A stretch of 64,000 nucleotides of DNA from an uncultured Acidobacteriota bacterium (GTDB lineage: Bacteria > Acidobacteriota > Thermoanaerobaculia > UBA5066 > Gp7-AA6). The stretch's first letter is position 1. Each line of letters opens with the position of its first letter. The notes beneath the pieces are model-generated. The model was given only the letters and a program-made list of their open reading frames with translations. It made no database searches and was not told the DNA's origin. The DNA lies in the NCBI GenBank assembly GCA_963724465.1, contig CAVRUT010000009.1:66424-130423 (forward strand). Direction: 5' to 3'. Of this stretch, positions 50,782 through 58,453 are shown one piece after another. The position numbers were made by a program, and so were the translations under genes.

Positions 50782-51774
50782 ATGAGCCGCCGGACCGCCG
50801 TTCTCGCCGCGCTTCTTCTGGCGCCGATCGCACTGACCGCCGATCCTGCGCCCCCGATCCCGCTTCGCCCGGTCCACACCTACTCGATCGTCGCCCGCGA
50901 TGCGGCGACGGGCGAGTTGGGCGTGGCCGTCCAGTCGCACGCGTTCTCGGTCGGCTCGGGCGTGACGTGGGCCGAGGCGGGCGTGGGCGCGGTCGCGACG
51001 CAGTCGTTCATCGACCCGAGCTACGGGCCCCTCGGCCTCGCCATGATGCGTGCCGGACGGAGCGCCCCCGATGCCCTCAAGGGGCTCCTTGCGGCCGACG
51101 ACGGGCGCGACGTGCGGCAGGTGGCGATGATCGATGCCTCCGGCCGCGTCGCGGCGCACACCGGCGCGAAGTGCATCCCGGCCGCGGGGGATCACGTCGG
51201 CCAGAACTATTCCGTCCAGGCGAACCTGATGGACAGGGACACCGTGTGGCCCGCGATGGCGAAGGCGTTCGAGACGACGCGCGGCGACCTCGCCGATCGG
51301 ATGCTCGCCGCGCTCGAAGCCGCCCAGGGGGAGGGAGGCGACATCCGCGGCATGCAGTCGGCCGCGATCCTCGTCGTCAAGGGCGTCTCGAGCGGGCGGC
51401 CGTGGCAGGACAAGATCTTCGACCTCCGCGTCGATGACCATCCGTCGCCGGTCGCGGAGCTCCGGCGCCTCGTCCGGCTCCAGCGCGCCAACAACCTGGC
51501 GAGCGAGGGGGATCGCGCGTTGGAGAAGAAGGACGACGCCAGGGCGCTCGAGGCCTACGGCGCGGCCGAGGCTCTCATCCCCGACGACGCCGAGATGGCC
51601 TACTGGCACGCCGTCGCCCTCGTGAACGCGGGCCACGTGGACGACTCACTCCCCGTCTTCGCGAAGGCCTACCGCCTCTACCCCAGGTGGCGCGAGATGG
51701 CCCCGCGCCTCTCGAAGGTGGGACTTCTTCCGGACGACCCGAAGGTCATCGCTCGAATCGTCGCGGCGAAGTAG
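50782..51774 (+). CDS. DUF1028 family secreted protein, copy 2
   Basis: Collinear with 47940-48932, with 22 aa differences in 330 by my count. Confidence 0.75.
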   Translation: MSRRTAVLAALLLAPIALTADPAPPIPLRPVHTYSIVARDAATGELGVAVQSHAFSVGSGVTWAEAGVGAVATQSFIDPSYGPLGLAMMRAGRSAPDALKGLLAADDGRDVRQVAMIDASGRVAAHTGAKCIPAAGDHVGQNYSVQANLMDRDTVWPAMAKAFETTRGDLADRMLAALEAAQGEGGDIRGMQSAAILVVKGVSSGRPWQDKIFDLRVDDHPSPVAELRRLVRLQRANNLASEGDRALEKKDDARALEAYGAAEALIPDDAEMAYWHAVALVNAGHVDDSLPVFAKAYRLYPRWREMAPRLSKVGLLPDDPKVIARIVAAK

Positions 51775-51898
51775 CGGGTCGGGTCGCTGGGACGGGTCGT
51801 GTGACTAATTCTTCGCGGGCTTCGCGTTGCGCGGGTCGTCTGCCGGGTTCACATACTTGAACTCGACCGGACCCTTCATCGCCGGACCGGAATCGCGG

Positions 51899-52339
51899 CT
51901 ACTTCACGACCTGGAGCTTGAGACCTTCCGCGGCGATCTTGAGGCTGGCGCCCTTCGTCACGCTCGTCAGCAGGATCGAGACGCCGTTCGCGTTGGTCAG
52001 CGCGCTCGCCCCGGCGCCCTTGCCGGCCGTCGCCCCGGCGCCACCCGCCGCATAGACGCCGTCGAAATCCTCGAGCTTCTGCAGGTTGTAGACGTTGCCC
52101 TTTGCCTTGACGTTCGTGAGGCCCAGCTCGCCGACGGTGAGGCCCTCGATCTTGACCTTGTACGTCTTGCCTTTGTAGTTCATGGTTCCGTGGCCCCAGC
52201 TCCAGCCGATTCCTGCGGCGAACGAGCCCTCAGAGAGTCTCAGCGTAGCGTCCACCTTCTTGTCTTCGGCCAGCGCGGCGCCCGCAAGCAGCGTCATCAG
52301 GCACGCCACCACCACCGATGCGATCCAGCGACGATGCAT
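51899..52339 (-). CDS. Secreted hypothetical protein (possibly DUF1134-like)
   Basis: Signal peptide and Gly/Ala-rich beta-type repeats (AAGIGWSWGHGTMNYKGKTYKVKIEGLTVG). Confidence 0.55.
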   Translation of the reverse strand: MHRRWIASVVVACLMTLLAGAALAEDKKVDATLRLSEGSFAAGIGWSWGHGTMNYKGKTYKVKIEGLTVGELGLTNVKAKGNVYNLQKLEDFDGVYAAGGAGATAGKGAGASALTNANGVSILLTSVTKGASLKIAAEGLKLQVVK

Positions 52340-52639
52340 GAATTCCTCCTCCTGGCAACTGGCTGCCGGTGGATTCCGGCAATGCGAAGTCTATCCAAGA
52401 CACCCGACGGATGGCTAGTGTCCGGAAACTGTCAGTCGGATGTGCGCCGGCGGCGCCCTCCGGCGGCGCGGGCAGGACGGCTGGTACTTCGCCCGCGTCG
52501 CCTTGTAAGCCTTGTCCCACGCCTCGGACTTGCCCGTAGCGAGCGACGTCTTGATGTCCGGATCGGCTTCCTCGAACGACGAGGGTGCTCCCCGGCGGTA
52601 GGTCGAGAGATCAACCTGGCGTGCGAATCCAATAGAAAA

Positions 52640-52658
52640 GGGCCGGAAGTTCCGGCCC
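52640..52658 (-). terminator. Intrinsic terminator, inferred original ssrA terminator
   Basis: On the minus strand: GGGCCGGAA-C-TTCCGGCCC followed by TTTTCTATT. It lies 20 nt after the displaced tmRNA CCA end. Confidence 0.7.
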
Positions 52659-52678
52659 TCGTCTCGATAGATATGAAA

Positions 52679-52704
52679 TGGTGAAGGCGGCGGGAGTTGA
52701 ACCC
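52679..52704 (-). repeat. Displaced copy of the last 26 nt of ssrA (attR-like core)
   Basis: TGGTGAAGGCGGCGGGAGTTGAACCC versus TGGTGGAGGCGGCGGGAGTTGAACCC at 53625-53650 (25/26). Confidence 0.8.
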
Positions 52705-52906
52705 ATGGAATTCCTGCCAATTCCTGAACGATTTCGACGTACTCCCCCGATTTGTCCGTGTCGTTGTCAGCGTTGCCCGGCCGTTCTCGAAGAGCTGAAT
52801 AGCCGGTTGCAAAGGGCTCCGCTCCAGATCCGAGAAAAGTAAGCGTCCAACGGCACCTCTCAAGCCTCTGTTTTTCTCTCAGAAGTCGCAGGAATCAGCC
52901 TTCATG
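52705..52906. repeat. X repeat, copy C (longest; abuts the displaced ssrA end)
   Basis: ATGGAATTCCTGCCAATTCCTGAACGATTTCGACGTACTCCCCCGATTTGTCCGT.... Hairpin GGAATT/AATTCC at 52707-52724. Confidence 0.7.
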
Positions 52907-52908
52907 GC

Positions 52909-53054
52909 CGGGAGAGGCCACTCCACGCTTAGCCTCCTCTGGGTTCTTGCCCCGCCACCTCGAGAAGAGGCAAGACGGCGGAAGGGCAACTCGGGATTCG
53001 TTTCGCCGCCGGGTCCGGGGAACCGCCGCGGCTACACCGGCATTTCGCGACGTC
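52909..53054 (-). pseudogene. Partial, diverged copy of internal tmRNA sequence
   Basis: 146 nt collinear with 53667-53812, with about 22 mismatches by eye. The 11-bp helix of the intact gene carries 3 mismatches here. Confidence 0.7.
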
Positions 53055-53334
53055 ACCGGTAGGCATCCTTCCGATGATCGGCGGCGGTCAGGAAGACGAT
53101 GTGCTTCTCGTCGTCGATCTCGTAGAAAAGCCGCCAGCTCCCGATCCGAATTCTCCAGGTCGGAGGATCCCAGTCCTTGAGGCGCGCGGCCGACGCAGCG
53201 GCGCGGGGCGCCGCCCGGAGAATCGGATAGACCCGCTTCAAGAGCGTGTTCTGGATTCGCTTCGCCGCTTCGGGTCCGAGGGTGGCGAGATCGCGCTGGA
53301 AGCCTGTCGTCTCGAAGATGCGGTACTCAGACAA
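53053..53334 (-). CDS. RelE/ParE-family type II toxin
   Basis: ...WRIRIGSWRLFYEIDDEKHIVFLTAADHRKDAYR. It overlaps the antitoxin gene by 8 nt. Confidence 0.8.
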   Translation of the reverse strand: MSEYRIFETTGFQRDLATLGPEAAKRIQNTLLKRVYPILRAAPRAAASAARLKDWDPPTWRIRIGSWRLFYEIDDEKHIVFLTAADHRKDAYR

Positions 53335-53566
53335 AGCGGCCCTTGCCGCTCACCGCGTCTCGATGGCCTCTCTTCAGGCGCCGGCCAAGAGCGGGCTTGG
53401 AGCGAATCTCGCTCATCTCGGCATCCGACACGAAGATCTCCGCCACGGCTCGCTGTCTGGCTGCCGTCTCGATGAAGTTGGAGACCGAGCGGTTCTCCGT
53501 GGCGGCGGCCTCGGCGATGAGGCGGTACGTCGCGTCGTCGATGCGAACGGTCAGGGTCTTGGGCAT
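53327..53566 (-). CDS. Ribbon-helix-helix (CopG-like) antitoxin
   Basis: MPKTLTVRIDDATYRLIAEAAATENRSVSNFIETAARQRA. It lies upstream of and overlapping the toxin gene. Confidence 0.7.
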   Translation of the reverse strand: MPKTLTVRIDDATYRLIAEAAATENRSVSNFIETAARQRAVAEIFVSDAEMSEIRSKPALGRRLKRGHRDAVSGKGRFV

Positions 53567-53624
53567 TGCATCACTCCGATAGCATATTACCATCATAGTG
53601 ATGCAGCCCGTTCTGAAAGAGGAA

Positions 53625-53985
53625 TGGTGGAGGCGGCGGGAGTTGAACCCGCGTCCGGAAGCGCGGCGGGAGAGGCCACTCCATGCTCAGCCTCTTCTTG
53701 GTTCTCGCCCTGCCGCCTCGAGAAGAGGCAAAACGGCGGCAGGGCAACCCCGAATTGATTTCGCCGCTCCGTCCGGGGGTCCGGAGCGGCTACACCCGCA
53801 TTTCGCGACGTCGGGCGCGGCGCGGCGGGTGCGCTACACGCCAAACGAGGCTACTTAATTAAGCAGCCAGAGCGAAGTTGCTGTTGTTCGCAGCTACTAT
53901 TTTTCACCCTGCTTTTACGAGGAGGGGTGAGACCTCGGCATGCGACCTCTCGCGTCATCGTCCCCGTCGAAGCCGTTTCGCCCCC
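53625..53985 (-). ncRNA. ssrA: tmRNA (SsrA), tag AANNSNFALAA
   Basis: 5' GGGGGCGAAACGGCTTCGACGGGGA. The acceptor stem has a G3:U pair. The tag ORF GCU GCG AAC AAC AGC AAC UUC GCU CUG GCU GCU UAA (53859-53894) follows AAAAAUAGUA. The 3' end is GGACGCGGGTTCAACTCCCGCCGCCTCCACCA. Confidence 0.93.
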
Positions 53986-54097
53986 ACGTGGTCTCGATCG
54001 CGAAAGACTCAAAGAACGGAGCGGAAGTGTAACACCCGCGTGCCTGGGGTTCTTCCCGGCTTGACTCGCACGGGTCCCGCGGGGTCCAATCCGCGCC

Positions 54098-54511
54098 GTG
54101 GCCGCCAGCGATCTGATCGTCGTCGTCACCTCCGTCGGAACGGAGGAGCAGGCGCTCGACGTGGCGCACGCGCTCGTGCGCGGCAAGCGGGCGGCCTGCG
54201 TCAACATCATTCCCAACGTGCACTCGATCTACCGCTGGAAGGGCCGGGTGTGCGACGACGGGGAGATGCTGCTCATCGTCAAGACGCGCGCCTCGAACTT
54301 CGAGGCCGTGCGCGAGACGATCCACCGGGTCAATACCTACGAGCTGCCCGAGGTGCTCGGCTATCGGGTCGACTGGGCGTCGAAGGGCTTTTCCGACTGG
54401 ATCGAGAAGATGACCACCGCGCCCGGCCGCCGCCCTGCGGCGACGAAGAGGGCGGCGAAGAAGCCCGCGTCCGCGCGCAGGAAAAAGAAGACTCGGCGCA
54501 CGAAGGCGTAG
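54098..54511 (+). CDS. cutA: Divalent-cation tolerance protein CutA with an unusual basic tail
   Basis: VVVTSVGTEEQALDVAHALVRGKRAACVNIIPNVHSIYRWKG...E.LLIVKT core. The extra 25-aa K/R-rich C-terminus may belong to the next gene's mis-framed 5' end. Confidence 0.8.
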   Translation: MAASDLIVVVTSVGTEEQALDVAHALVRGKRAACVNIIPNVHSIYRWKGRVCDDGEMLLIVKTRASNFEAVRETIHRVNTYELPEVLGYRVDWASKGFSDWIEKMTTAPGRRPAATKRAAKKPASARRKKKTRRTKA

Positions 54512-54557
54512 GGCCCCCACGAGCGCGACGGTCGCGTTCCTCTCCCTCTTTCTCGGG

Positions 54558-55820
54558 TTGACCTCCGGCGTCCAGCAGGTGAGGTTGAACGTCCAGGGCC
54601 GCGTCGCGGAGGTAGAGCTCCTCCTCGACGGCGAAGAAGTCGCCACGTTCGACAGCCCGCCCTGGGTCGCGCCGATCGATCTCGGTCCGGCGCTGTCGCC
54701 GCACGAGCTCGTTGCCCGCGCGCTCGACGAGAAGGGCTCGGAGATCACCCGGGTGCGCCAGTGGATCAACATGCCGCGGCCGCCGGCCGAGGCCAAGATC
54801 CTCCTCGAGCGCGACGCGAAGGGGCGCGTGAAGGCCGCGACGATCGCCTGGCAGAACCTGATGGGGGAGGAGCCGTCGAAGATCTCCGTCAGCTTCGACG
54901 GCCGGCCCGTCGCGATCGACGCTTTTCGCCGCGTGATCATCCCGCCGTACGCGCCCGAGGTCTCGCACGTCCTGACCGTCGAGCTCGATTTCGAGAGCGG
55001 GATGAGCTCGCGGGACGATCTCGCGATCGGAGGCGGCGCGGGCGACGAGGCCAGAAGCGAGCTGACGGCCGTTCCGGTCCGCCGGACGACCAGGCGCAAG
55101 CTCGAGCCGAAGGCGTTCGATGGCCTCCTGCGCGTGCGCGATCAGCCGCTCCGCGTGGCGACGGTCGAGGAAGGGGGCGCCTCGCTCTGGATCGTGCGCG
55201 ACGAGAGCGCCCTCGAATCCTTCTCGAAGCTGCGATCCGGCAGCGGTTCCCCGCTCGGAGGGATCTTCGCCCCCTCGGCCCTGCCGCTGAAGAAGGGAGA
55301 CGAGGTCCGCTTCCTCTGGCCGCGGCCGAGAGGCGTGGCCGGCGCCGCCGTGCCGACGGCCCTCTTTCCGTCCTCGCAGCTCTTCGACCGCTCGAGCGGC
55401 GGCCTCGCCTTCCTGCTCGAGCGCATCACCAACACCGAGCCGGCGGGGCTCTTTCCGATGTACACGGACGCCGTGGCGGTCGCGGGACTGAATGCCTTCG
55501 AGAGCTTTGGACGGCGCGCCGTGCTCCTCGTGCTGACCGGCTCGGCCCCGGACCTGAGCACCTACAAGCCCGCGGTCGTCCGGCGGTACCTGGAGATCCT
55601 GCGCGTGCCGCTCTTCGTGTGGTCGCTCGACGCGGAGGCTTCCGGCGAATCCCCGTGGGGCAGCGTCGACGCCGTCGGCACGAGCCGGGGGCTGCGCGCC
55701 GCCTACTCGCGGCTGCGCGAGTCGCTCGACTCACAGGCGATCGTTTGGGTCGAGGGCCGCTATCTCCCCCAGGAGATCGAGCTCGCGCCATCCGCATCGG
55801 GCGTCGAACTCATGCGCTGA
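54558..55820 (+). CDS. VWA-related (TIGR03436-like) protein, 5' end unresolved
   Basis: The C-terminal part resembles the acidobacterial VWFA-related domain (AVLLVLTGSAPDLS...LEILRVPLFVWSL). The first start codon (TTG 54558) lies after a signal-peptide-like stretch (ATVAFLSLFLGL) that has no start of its own. Confidence 0.55.
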   Translation: MTSGVQQVRLNVQGRVAEVELLLDGEEVATFDSPPWVAPIDLGPALSPHELVARALDEKGSEITRVRQWINMPRPPAEAKILLERDAKGRVKAATIAWQNLMGEEPSKISVSFDGRPVAIDAFRRVIIPPYAPEVSHVLTVELDFESGMSSRDDLAIGGGAGDEARSELTAVPVRRTTRRKLEPKAFDGLLRVRDQPLRVATVEEGGASLWIVRDESALESFSKLRSGSGSPLGGIFAPSALPLKKGDEVRFLWPRPRGVAGAAVPTALFPSSQLFDRSSGGLAFLLERITNTEPAGLFPMYTDAVAVAGLNAFESFGRRAVLLVLTGSAPDLSTYKPAVVRRYLEILRVPLFVWSLDAEASGESPWGSVDAVGTSRGLRAAYSRLRESLDSQAIVWVEGRYLPQEIELAPSASGVELMR

Positions 55821-55970
55821 CAACGTTTAAGCGTCACCGATCCCTTGCCCGTACGACCTGGACACCTGTCCCCGGGGACAGGAAATCGCGATACGATTCC
55901 TGGTCCCGCTGGACTGGGCTCGCCCCCGAGTCGCAGCGACGGAAGACGGCTCGGAACCAAGGAGGCTCGC

Positions 55971-56252
55971 ATGAGGGTCCTTGATCGGTCGAACTGGCTG
56001 GGATGGTCCGATTCTCCGATTCGAGCCGAGTCGAAATTCGGCGAGGCCGTCCGGGTAGGCGAGACGGCGCTCTGTCTCGACTGCCTGGTGACCTTCAGCG
56101 TTCGGAACCGGACCTGCCCCAAGTGCGGCGGCGAGCAGTTCTGGCTGATGGCCAAGTGGATGCAGGCTCCCGTCCGGACGCGCCCGGTCGCCGTTCCGTT
56201 CCCGAAGGAACACGTCGCCCGGAGACCGATGCGTCTCCGAGAGGCGGGCTGA
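55971..56252 (+). CDS. Small zinc-ribbon protein (93 aa), copy 2
   Basis: RBS AAGGAGG, with CLDC...CPKC. Paralog of 49300-49581. Confidence 0.65.
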   Translation: MRVLDRSNWLGWSDSPIRAESKFGEAVRVGETALCLDCLVTFSVRNRTCPKCGGEQFWLMAKWMQAPVRTRPVAVPFPKEHVARRPMRLREAG

Positions 56253-56282
56253 GGCCCGGGCCGGACGCCCAAGCCCGGCTCG

Positions 56283-57416
56283 TCAGGCCAGCGCCTGGTC
56301 CAGGTCGGCCAGGATGTCGGCCGCGTCCTCGATTCCTACGGAGATGCGCACGAGGCCAGGGGTCACGCCGAGGCGATTGCGCTCCTCCTCCGGAATCGAG
56401 CCGTGGGTCATCGAGGCGGGATGCGAGATGAGCGTCTCGACGCCGCCGAGGCTCTCACCGAGCGAGCAGAGGCGCACCTTCGCCAGGAACGCGCCGGCCG
56501 CCTCGAGCGACCCGAGATCGAACGAGATCATCGCGCCGAACCCCCGCATCTGCTTCTTCGCGAGGGCGTGCTGGGGATGGGACGGCAGCCCCGGGTAGTG
56601 GACCTGCTGGATCTTCGGATGCCGGGCGAGGTGCTCGGCGACTTTCCGGCCGTTCTCCTCGTGGCGCTCCATGCGGACGACGAGGGTCTTGATCCCGCGG
56701 AGCACCAGAAACGAGTCCATCGGCGACAGGATCGCGCCCGAGCTGTTCTGCACGAACCCGAGCCACTCGACGTGCTCCTTCGCCTTCGCGATGGCGACGC
56801 CGCCGACCGTGTCGGAGTGGCCGCCGAGAAACTTCGTCGTCGAGTGCATGACGATGTCGGCGCCGAGCGAAAGCGGCTGCTGAAGGTACGGTGAGGCGAA
56901 AGTGTTGTCGACGACGACGATGGCGCCGACGCGATGGGCGAGCTCCGAGAGCCGCGCGATGTCGGCCAGCCGCATCGTCGGGTTGGTCGGCGATTCGAGG
57001 TGGAGCATCCGCGTCTCCGGCCGGATCGCCCGCTCGACCGCCGCCGGGTCCGCCGTGTCGACGAAGTCGAACGTGACGCCGTAGCGCGCCAGGATCTTCG
57101 TGTAGTAACGGTAGGTCCCGCCGTACGTCATGTTCGAGCAGACGACGTGGTCGCCCTGCTTGACGAAGGTCGAGATCGCCGTGATCGCCGCCATGCCCGA
57201 GGCGAAGGCCTTCGCGCCCGTTCCGCCCTCGAGGACGGTGAGGTTCTCCTCGAGCCGCGCGCGCGTCGGGTTCTGTGTGCGCGCGTACTCGAAGCCCTTG
57301 TTCCGGCCGAGCCCCTCCTGGACGTAGGTCGAGGTCTGGTAGATCGGGAACGAGACGGACCCGGTCGCGGGCTCGGGTTCGTTCCCGGCGTGAATGCAGT
57401 CGGTCGAGAAGCCCAT
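56283..57416 (-). CDS. Cystathionine gamma-lyase/gamma-synthase family PLP enzyme
   Basis: Cys/Met-metabolism PLP family: YARTQNPTR, the HSTTKFLGGHSD lysine motif, and the C-terminal RISVGIEDAADILADL. Confidence 0.9.
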   Translation of the reverse strand: MGFSTDCIHAGNEPEPATGSVSFPIYQTSTYVQEGLGRNKGFEYARTQNPTRARLEENLTVLEGGTGAKAFASGMAAITAISTFVKQGDHVVCSNMTYGGTYRYYTKILARYGVTFDFVDTADPAAVERAIRPETRMLHLESPTNPTMRLADIARLSELAHRVGAIVVVDNTFASPYLQQPLSLGADIVMHSTTKFLGGHSDTVGGVAIAKAKEHVEWLGFVQNSSGAILSPMDSFLVLRGIKTLVVRMERHEENGRKVAEHLARHPKIQQVHYPGLPSHPQHALAKKQMRGFGAMISFDLGSLEAAGAFLAKVRLCSLGESLGGVETLISHPASMTHGSIPEEERNRLGVTPGLVRISVGIEDAADILADLDQALA

Positions 57417-57431
57417 CGCCTTCCTTTCGGT

Positions 57432-58373
57432 CTAAGACTCGAAGATTCCCTGGTGGGGATAGCGCTCCGCGCCGTCGGGAAACAGCGTCACGACGGTCTT
57501 TCCGGGGCCCAGCCTCCGCGCGATCTGCAGGGCGGCGTTGGCCGCGGCGCCCGAGGAGCCGCCGACGAAGAGCCCCTCCTCGCGCGCGAGCGCGGCACAG
57601 GTCTCGAAGGCCGGCGCGTCGGGGACGGTCACGATCTCGTCGATCAGGCTCCGGTCGAGGATCGGCCAGATCTGCGAGAGGCCGATGCCCTCGACGTCGT
57701 GGGGCCCGTGCGCGCCTCCTGCGAGGATCGAGCCCTGCGGCTCGACGGCGACGCGGAGCAGTCCGGGATGCCGCTCCATGAGGAAGCGCGCCACGCCGGT
57801 GAAGGTTCCCGTCGTTCCCACGCCGGCGACCCAGGCGTCGATCCGTCCGCCGAGCTGCTCGACGATCTCCGGGCCGGTCGTCTCGAAGTGGGTTCGCGGA
57901 TTGACGGGATTGGAGAACTGTCCGGGGACATAAGAGCCGGGGGTCGAAGCGGCGATCTCGACGGCGCGGGCGACCGCGCCGGACATCATGGCGTCGGTGG
58001 GGGTCCGCACGACCTCGGCGCCCGCCGCCGCCATCAGCTTCGCCTTGACGGCGCCGTAACCCTCGGGCATCACGATGACGCAGCGGTACCCCCGCGATGC
58101 GGCGATGAGCGCCAGCGCGACGCCGGTGTTCCCGGAGGTCGCCTCGACGATCGTACCGCCAGCCGCGAGCAGCCCGCGATCCTCGGCGTCGTCGACCATC
58201 GCCCGGGCGATGCGGTCCTTGACGCTTCCGCCCGGGTTGAACCACTCGAGCTTGGCGAAGAGGCGGGCGGCGCCGCGCGCGAAGCGCGGAAGCTCGACCA
58301 GGGGCGTCGAGCCGATGGCGCCGGACAGACGGCCGGCCGGGCGCGACGCGGTCTCGGCGGGGGACAGCTTCAC
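57432..58373 (-). CDS. Cysteine synthase / cystathionine beta-synthase family PLP enzyme
   Basis: FNPGGSVKDRIA and EATSGNTGVALA motifs. GTG 58373 was chosen so that the gene does not overlap 58454-58753. Confidence 0.85.
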   Translation of the reverse strand: MKLSPAETASRPAGRLSGAIGSTPLVELPRFARGAARLFAKLEWFNPGGSVKDRIARAMVDDAEDRGLLAAGGTIVEATSGNTGVALALIAASRGYRCVIVMPEGYGAVKAKLMAAAGAEVVRTPTDAMMSGAVARAVEIAASTPGSYVPGQFSNPVNPRTHFETTGPEIVEQLGGRIDAWVAGVGTTGTFTGVARFLMERHPGLLRVAVEPQGSILAGGAHGPHDVEGIGLSQIWPILDRSLIDEIVTVPDAPAFETCAALAREEGLFVGGSSGAAANAALQIARRLGPGKTVVTLFPDGAERYPHQGIFES

Positions 58374-58453
58374 GGCCAAAATGTGACTCCGCGCCACGAT
58401 AACAAAAAAAGCCCCGGCGAATGCCGGGGCTCGAAAGAACGAAAGGAAATGGC

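Noticed and set aside
51805-51879. A 24-codon ORF (MKGPVEFKYVNPADDPRNAKPAKN) just downstream of 51899-52339.
   Set aside because: It is too short, with no RBS or conservation evidence available from the window alone.
52415-52720. The 101-codon minus-strand ORF, and the overlapping 52432-52863 ORF.
   Set aside because: The only start codon puts the N-terminus across the displaced tmRNA 3' end and its terminator hairpin. No internal start exists. It is at best a remnant of a disrupted gene.
52705-52906. Possibility that the ~200-nt insert in the partial tmRNA copy is a group I intron in the T-loop, as known for some tmRNA genes.
   Set aside because: I could not find the conserved P/Q/R/S core elements. 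The same sequence also recurs at 47727 and 49885 without tmRNA context, which fits an island arm or repeat better than an intron.
44886-56400. Search for integrase, recombinase, transposase or excisionase genes that would explain the island-like region around ssrA.
   Set aside because: None was recognisable in any frame. The only excisionase-type HTH domains are fused to EIIA domains (45285-47097). The mobile-element interpretation therefore rests on att-like repeats alone.
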